This document shows positions 60,923-64,000 of a DNA stretch of 64,000 nt, in pieces. The notes beneath the pieces were generated by a model, which worked only from the letters and a program-made list of their open reading frames with translations, did not search any database and was not told where the DNA came from. How positions within the stretch are numbered: position 1 is the stretch's first letter; every line of letters begins with the position of its first letter. This DNA comes from a virus. Taxonomy: Duplodnaviria; Caudoviricetes. Location: IMG/VR virus record IMGVR_UViG_3300024259_001623; one strand, 5' to 3'. The position numbers and the translations under genes are program-made.

Positions 60923-63373
60923 TTATCTTCGTCTTCTAAAAGCTCTTGGCACTGCACTCTCTGTGCCAAATCCCATTGGATCAGAAGAACCTTCTGACAA
61001 ATTTGTAAAATCTTTACTTTTTATTTCATCTAGCGCTTTATAAAAATGATCAGAATTTAAAATAGCAATATCGTTGTCATCTGTATCTCCTGACTGTATA
61101 GCTAAAAACACTGCTGTTATGCATAAATCTTTAATATAAGCTCCACTCATCTCTTCCTTATCTTCATCAATTTCGGCAGCTATACCCTCAAAATCCACAT
61201 CCTTATGGACTTGGAATTTTTCTGTGAACTTTTTCAACATTTTTGCAACTTGCTTAGAATTCGGGTTATCAATATTAATAATCCTATCAAATCTGCCTGG
61301 TCTATTCTTAATAGCATTCTCAACTTTTTCTGCCAAATTAGTTGTAGCCACAGTCACAACGCTTTTAAAACTTTCTATACCATCCATTTTGTTCATTAAA
61401 TCAATAACAAACCAATCATTTCCATCTCCGCGATCCTGTGCTATATAATCAATATCTTCCAATATTAACAATGTAGGAGCTAAGTCTTTCGCCATGTCGC
61501 AAATCTTTGCCACATCTCCTTGGTTTCGTATATGAGAAGGCAAAACATATAAAACTGTAACTGACAATTCTTTAGCTAAAACCTTGCAGATCATGGTATT
61601 ATGAGTTATAATATAATTATTAGTTATATATAAATGATCTTCACTTTCAAGTAATATACACTGAGACTGTTCTTTCCCTTTAAGATTTATAGAAGACAAA
61701 ATCCTTACTGTCAAATATTTTGTGCGTTCTTTTACTTTATTTATTTTTCTCTTTAAACGGAAAAGCCTATATGCATCTTTTATGCTAATCCTTACACTAA
61801 AACTATTTAATCCGTTTTTTATTTCTCCGTTATACGAATACTTTACATTCTTTTTCTCCTTAATCGTGGCGATGCCGCCCAAAGATTGCACAATCTCCTT
61901 AACTCCTTCAGCAAGACACTTCGAAGTCGTATAAAAAACTGGCATTCCTGTTTTTTCGACACTTCCATCAGAATCCATTAACCCTTGTAAGATAGATATC
62001 CTACGATCAACTGAATTATAAATATAATCTTTTGGAATAAATTTATCTTGACTTTTTACTTTCCAAAGACCTAGATCTTTTATCTTTTTAACCAGAGAGT
62101 TAGACTTTCCCCTACTACCAGAAGAAATCCTAAAATCATAATCGCTAATTTCGCTTAGTGACAAATTATCCACAGAAACTAAATCGCTAATTATACTTAG
62201 TATCTCACTATCAGCAGTAGAAAAATTCAGCCCATTAGAACAAAAACATCCATCTCCCAATAAAAACCCTAACAAATAAGGATCAATAGAAATTTTTCTT
62301 TTTTCAAAAGAAACGGGTTCTGGCACCCTAATTCTAATATTCCTATATTCTCCAACTCTAACTCTATCTATTAAGTATTTTGTATCTACAATTTTAGGAC
62401 TACCACCGGAAGACTTATCACTAACCTCCCAAAGATGGTCAATACAGCATTCGACTTCATCTCCATTTTTAAATTTAAGCGTATATATTTCCTTTTCTCC
62501 CTGTGGATATACTCCTACAACCTTAGAACTTCCACCTGAAGCATTACAAACCATGTCTCCAATTTTTATCTCACCCATTGTTTTAATACCGTCTGGTGTA
62601 TAAACAAAAGAACTTAGAGGTTGAGCTTTCCCCGTTCCGGGAGGCCCCGTCAATATAATTCCTCTTTTAAGATTGATTCCATTCTTTTCCAAGATGTCAG
62701 CTTTGTCAAATAGATCTTTGACATTTCTTTGTATAACATCCTTGGCTTCTTTAGATATAATTATATCTTCCCAACATATATTTTCATCCAAATCCAAAAA
62801 AGCACAGTCTGGATTTATACTTTGACCTTTATAGAAATTATTCTCAATTGAGTAGGTTTTCCAATCCTCAAACACATCTTTAACACAACTTGAGAATACA
62901 TCAAAATAATAAAAACCATCATAGGCGTCTTTTGTTATCTTTACGCATACTCTGTCTTTAGCAGTTTTATTTTCAAAAAACAAAAATGCATTTAAATATC
63001 CATCTACGAACTTACCCTTTTCATATTCAATTTGATATTTTTTAGCCTTAGTTATGAACTCTCCATCATGAATACTAAAAGATCTAACAAAACTAAATCC
63101 AATAGTCTCAAAGAAATCTTTCATAGCAAATTGCATGATATTATTTACATAACTAGGAATCCCTGAAGTAAAAGTAGAAAAGTCTTTTTTATTAAAAAAG
63201 TCTTTTATAACAAGATCTTCTAGAACATTATTATAAGAAGCCTTATTGAATTGATCTAAATTGCATTCTGCCAATTTAGTTGTTTTATCTTCTGGACTAA
63301 GATTTCTACTTTCTGAACTGTACGCTTTCTCGATTGAACTAATTGAACTAATTGAACTAATTGTTTTTTTCAT
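60923..63373 (-). CDS. AAA+ ATPase with intein
   Basis: GPPGTGK|T Walker A split by the intein; LILEDID Walker B; TTN sensor; RPGRFD arginine finger. Confidence 0.9.
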   Translation of the reverse strand: MKKTISSISSISSIEKAYSSESRNLSPEDKTTKLAECNLDQFNKASYNNVLEDLVIKDFFNKKDFSTFTSGIPSYVNNIMQFAMKDFFETIGFSFVRSFSIHDGEFITKAKKYQIEYEKGKFVDGYLNAFLFFENKTAKDRVCVKITKDAYDGFYYFDVFSSCVKDVFEDWKTYSIENNFYKGQSINPDCAFLDLDENICWEDIIISKEAKDVIQRNVKDLFDKADILEKNGINLKRGIILTGPPGTGKAQPLSSFVYTPDGIKTMGEIKIGDMVCNASGGSSKVVGVYPQGEKEIYTLKFKNGDEVECCIDHLWEVSDKSSGGSPKIVDTKYLIDRVRVGEYRNIRIRVPEPVSFEKRKISIDPYLLGFLLGDGCFCSNGLNFSTADSEILSIISDLVSVDNLSLSEISDYDFRISSGSRGKSNSLVKKIKDLGLWKVKSQDKFIPKDYIYNSVDRRISILQGLMDSDGSVEKTGMPVFYTTSKCLAEGVKEIVQSLGGIATIKEKKNVKYSYNGEIKNGLNSFSVRISIKDAYRLFRLKRKINKVKERTKYLTVRILSSINLKGKEQSQCILLESEDHLYITNNYIITHNTMICKVLAKELSVTVLYVLPSHIRNQGDVAKICDMAKDLAPTLLILEDIDYIAQDRGDGNDWFVIDLMNKMDGIESFKSVVTVATTNLAEKVENAIKNRPGRFDRIINIDNPNSKQVAKMLKKFTEKFQVHKDVDFEGIAAEIDEDKEEMSGAYIKDLCITAVFLAIQSGDTDDNDIAILNSDHFYKALDEIKSKDFTNLSEGSSDPMGFGTESAVPRAFRRRR
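61598..62626 (-). mobile_element. Ala-initiated (class 3-type) intein with LAGLIDADG endonuclease (343 aa)
   Basis: GK|AQPLSS...DHLW...QCILL...ITHN|T; LLGFLLGDG and LQGLMDSDG. Confidence 0.9.
63333..63363. repeat. 9-bp tandem repeat ATTGAACTA x3.4 (encodes SSI repeats)
   Basis: Directly visible at the 5' end of the AAA gene. Confidence 0.9.
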
Positions 63374-63400
63374 ATTTACCTTTCTTCGTTTACCCTTCTT

Positions 63401-64000
63401 CTATTGAAATAATTTTTTTACGAAATATTCTCTTCCTTTAGAGAATTTTTCTATATCGAACATCTCAAACGCTTCATCTAGAGTTATTGTATTTCTAAAA
63501 ACGTCACTCTGTGAACAAGAAACCAGAATTCTAGATTTGTCCGCTTTCTTCATCCACCTTAGTCCTTTTTCACAAGCCTTTAATGTATGAGTCTTATGAT
63601 CCTTATTAACACCATAAAAATCAGTTTTACCTTCCCTATAAGAACAAGTGCATCCCATCAAAATAATCGGATCACAACCTAAAACATGAGCCAATTGATA
63701 AGCAAGAGGACCAGAACTTCCTCTGCCTGCCAAGACAGAAGGATTATTAGTCAACTTATAATCACCATATAAAAGCTTATAATGATATGCCATTTTCCTA
63801 GGATCAGAAACATCTCTCGAAAACAATATAGATTCTAATTTCGACAATCTCTTTCTACAGTCATAGTATAATTCTATATCTTGCCACAGTAGTATAGTTG
63901 GGTCTAATCTGAAAAATGCTCTGTTAATTCCTATAGTAAAGCAATCCTTCAATTTATAAACTGGGTAATCATCCAAATGAGGAGCATTGCCTAAAATAAA
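63401..64000 (-). CDS. DUF115/MptE-like (Maf glycosyltransferase-related) protein, 5'-truncated by window edge
   Basis: Frame stays open to the edge: FILGNAPHLDDYPV...TIGINR...SSGPLAYQLAHVLGCDPIILMGC. Confidence 0.65.
   Translation of the reverse strand, partial: FILGNAPHLDDYPVYKLKDCFTIGINRAFFRLDPTILLWQDIELYYDCRKRLSKLESILFSRDVSDPRKMAYHYKLLYGDYKLTNNPSVLAGRGSSGPLAYQLAHVLGCDPIILMGCTCSYREGKTDFYGVNKDHKTHTLKACEKGLRWMKKADKSRILVSCSQSDVFRNTITLDEAFEMFDIEKFSKGREYFVKKLFQ

Noticed and set aside
1-64000. tRNA or rRNA genes and stop-codon recoding
   Set aside because: Intergenic gaps are short and no cloverleaf or T-loop motifs were seen; ORFs tile the window fully under the standard code.

Overview
AT-rich 64-kb segment of a large tailed dsDNA phage (Caudoviricetes, probably a jumbo phage), standard genetic code, densely coded and almost entirely on the minus strand. 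The only convincing plus-strand genes are a solo TnpB and a nucleotidyltransferase-GHMP kinase fusion. Head module (minus strand): terminase large subunit (48841-50733), about 14 uncharacterised genes, an intein-containing portal with a C-terminal DUF559-like nuclease (35041-38385), a 1936-aa prohead protease/scaffold, a decoration-like protein and an HK97-type major capsid protein followed by a strong terminator. Flanking genes cover nucleotide metabolism (class II RNR, dUTPase, MazG), an AAA ATPase with a class 3 intein, a sigma factor, three free-standing homing endonucleases (one fused to a DNA methyltransferase), heptose-type sugar enzymes and glycosyltransferases, a PEP-CTERM/dockerin-like protein and an esterase-Calx-beta-TIGR03790 protein. 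Best novelty candidates: (i) a recurrent K-x-(A/S) and MNWYK-type peptide signature across head-associated proteins, possibly a maturation/packaging code; (ii) a ~55-aa module shared by a fibre, a glycosyltransferase and two unknown proteins; (iii) exosortase-linked surface and sugar genes in a phage, hinting at a Planctomycetota host; (iv) the portal-nuclease fusion. All family assignments come from motif recognition by eye; no database searches were run.
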